The notes under the pieces were generated by a model. It was not told where the DNA came from, made no database searches, and worked only from the letters and a program-made list of their open reading frames with translations. A DNA stretch of 64,000 bases from Myxococcota bacterium (GTDB taxonomy: Bacteria > Myxococcota_A > UBA9042 > PHBI01 > JAWLBL01), in NCBI GenBank assembly GCA_041687695.1, contig JAWLBL010000005.1, positions 217,597 to 281,596 on the forward strand, in the 5' to 3' direction. Positions 62,553 through 64,000 of the stretch are shown here, piece after piece. Both the position numbers and the translations under genes were made by a program. Every line of letters starts with the position of its first letter. The stretch's first letter is position 1.

Positions 62553-63635
62553 ATGGCATCACCTGAGCCGACGCGGGTAGGGATCGCCGGGGTCACCGGC
62601 TACACGGGGCTCGAGCTGGCGCGGCTGCTGGCCGGCCACCCGGGGCTAAGCGTCGTGGCGGCGTCGAGCGACGCCATGGCGGGGCAGCGGCTGAGCGCGC
62701 TGGACCCGGATCTCGCGGGGGCGTCGGACGCGGCGGTGGTGGGGCACGGCGACGCGGTCTCGGCGGCCGTCGACATGGGCGCCGAGCTGATGTTCCTGGC
62801 CATGCCGGCCGAGGTCACGCCCGACGTGGCCACGCGCTGCCTCGAGGCCGGCCTGCGGGTGGTGGATCTATCGGGCGCGCACCGCCTGAAGGACCCGGTC
62901 GCCCACCTGATGGCCTACGGCTTCGAGCACGAGGACCCGCAGGTCAGCCTCGAGGCCGTCTACGGGCTGACCGAGCACGTGCCGCCCGAGGCGCTCGCGG
63001 CCGCGCGGCTGGTCGCCAACCCCGGCTGCTATCCGACGGCGGTCCTGCTGGCGCTGCTGCCGCTGGTCGAGGCGGGGCTGGTCGAGCCGGGCAGCCTGGT
63101 GGTCGACGCCAAGAGCGGCACGACCGGCGCCGGGCGCAGCGCCAAGGTGTCGCTGCTGCACGCCGAGATCGACGGCGACTTCTACGCCTACCGGGTCGGG
63201 CGCCACCAGCACACGCCCGAGATCTCGCAGGCCCTGGCGCTGGTGGGCGGCCGCCCGGTCGACCTGACCTTCGTCACGCACCTGCTGCCCGTCGCGCGCG
63301 GCATCCTGGCGACCTGCTACCTGCGCGTGCCGGACGTCGACTCCGCCGAGCAGGCGGCGCGCAAGGTCGACGCCGCGCTGCGGGCGCGCTACGCCGACGC
63401 GCCGTTCGTGCGCGTGCTCGACAAGGCCGAGGACGTGCGCCTGCGGGCGGTGACCGGGACCAACCGCTGCGTCATGGCCGCGGTGCCCGACGCCTTCGGG
63501 CGCCGGGTGGTCGTCGTGTCGGCCATCGACAACCTGGTCAAGGGCGCCGCCGGGCAAGCCATCCAGAACGCGAACCTGATGCTCGGCTTCGAGCAGACCG
63601 CCGGCCTCGGCCTCGGCACCGGAGGACGCCCTTGA
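62553..63635 (+). CDS. argC: N-acetyl-gamma-glutamyl-phosphate reductase
   Basis: GVTGYTG, VDLSG, VYGL, ANPGCYPT, SGTTGAG, HQHTPEI, DNLVKGAAGQA. Confidence 0.96.
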   Translation: MASPEPTRVGIAGVTGYTGLELARLLAGHPGLSVVAASSDAMAGQRLSALDPDLAGASDAAVVGHGDAVSAAVDMGAELMFLAMPAEVTPDVATRCLEAGLRVVDLSGAHRLKDPVAHLMAYGFEHEDPQVSLEAVYGLTEHVPPEALAAARLVANPGCYPTAVLLALLPLVEAGLVEPGSLVVDAKSGTTGAGRSAKVSLLHAEIDGDFYAYRVGRHQHTPEISQALALVGGRPVDLTFVTHLLPVARGILATCYLRVPDVDSAEQAARKVDAALRARYADAPFVRVLDKAEDVRLRAVTGTNRCVMAAVPDAFGRRVVVVSAIDNLVKGAAGQAIQNANLMLGFEQTAGLGLGTGGRP

Positions 63636-64000
63636 CGCCCGAACTCGCCCTGCCCCGCGGCTTCCGGTTCGCCGGCATCCGCTCCGGCGTCAAGCAGAAC
63701 AAGCCGGACACCGCCCTCATCGTCAGCGACGTGCCCTGCGCGGCCGCGGCGAAGCTGACGACCAACCGGGCGCGCGCGTGGGCGGTCGAGCGCACGGCGA
63801 CGCTGCTGCCGGCCGACGGCGTGCGGGCGGTCATCGCGGTCAGCGGCAACGCCAACGCGCTGTCGGGCGCCGCCGGGCGCGCCGCGGACGAGGCGATGGC
63901 CCGCGGGGTGGCCGAGGCGCTGGGCGTCGCGCCGAGCGCGGTCATCACCTCGTCGACCGGCGTCATCGGCTCGCCCATGCCGGCGCGGGTGGTGGTCGAG
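63632..64000 (+). CDS. argJ: Ornithine acetyltransferase ArgJ, 5' part (runs off the window)
   Basis: TTG overlapping the argC stop; translation gives LPRGFRFAG..SGVK, TTN, SGNANA, SSTGVIG. Confidence 0.88.
   Translation, partial: MTPELALPRGFRFAGIRSGVKQNKPDTALIVSDVPCAAAAKLTTNRARAWAVERTATLLPADGVRAVIAVSGNANALSGAAGRAADEAMARGVAEALGVAPSAVITSSTGVIGSPMPARVVVE

Overview
Very GC-rich bacterial chromosomal window with a Myxococcota-like gene repertoire (Cys-rich lipoproteins, sigma54 promoter, alpha-2-macroglobulin); the taxonomy is an inference. From left to right: (1) a truncated 234-bp tandem array; (2) an isc Fe-S operon (iscR-iscS-iscU-hscB-hscA) divergent from mrp/apbC; (3) asnS and a PAS hybrid kinase; (4) a ~23-kb general-stress-like island (TopIB, M50-CBS protease, flavoprotein disulfide reductase, GlsB, SodC, CsbD, CBS, DUF1328, DUF2270, aldehyde dehydrogenase, encapsulin plus encapsulated ferritin, Ku-LigD, YegS, amphi-Trp), interrupted by a type-2 ileS and a C-type lectin lipoprotein; (5) an FG-GAP protein / solute-binding protein / sensor kinase operon; (6) alpha-2-macroglobulin, a divergent lytic transglycosylase, an M17 peptidase and LysR; (7) an MMPL plus two GT4 enzymes; (8) two paralogous Cys-rich lipoproteins; (9) argC-argJ. 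The most notable non-coding signal is a pair of related non-autonomous elements (146-316 and its copies; 33473-33689). They share the end motif AGGG-n2/3-TCGCAAAGTC, are flanked by target-site duplications, and each carries four mirror-arranged REP-like hairpins. One is inserted into the loop of another REP-like hairpin, and the empty site is visible at 603-619. All functional calls come from motif recognition by eye; no database search was run.
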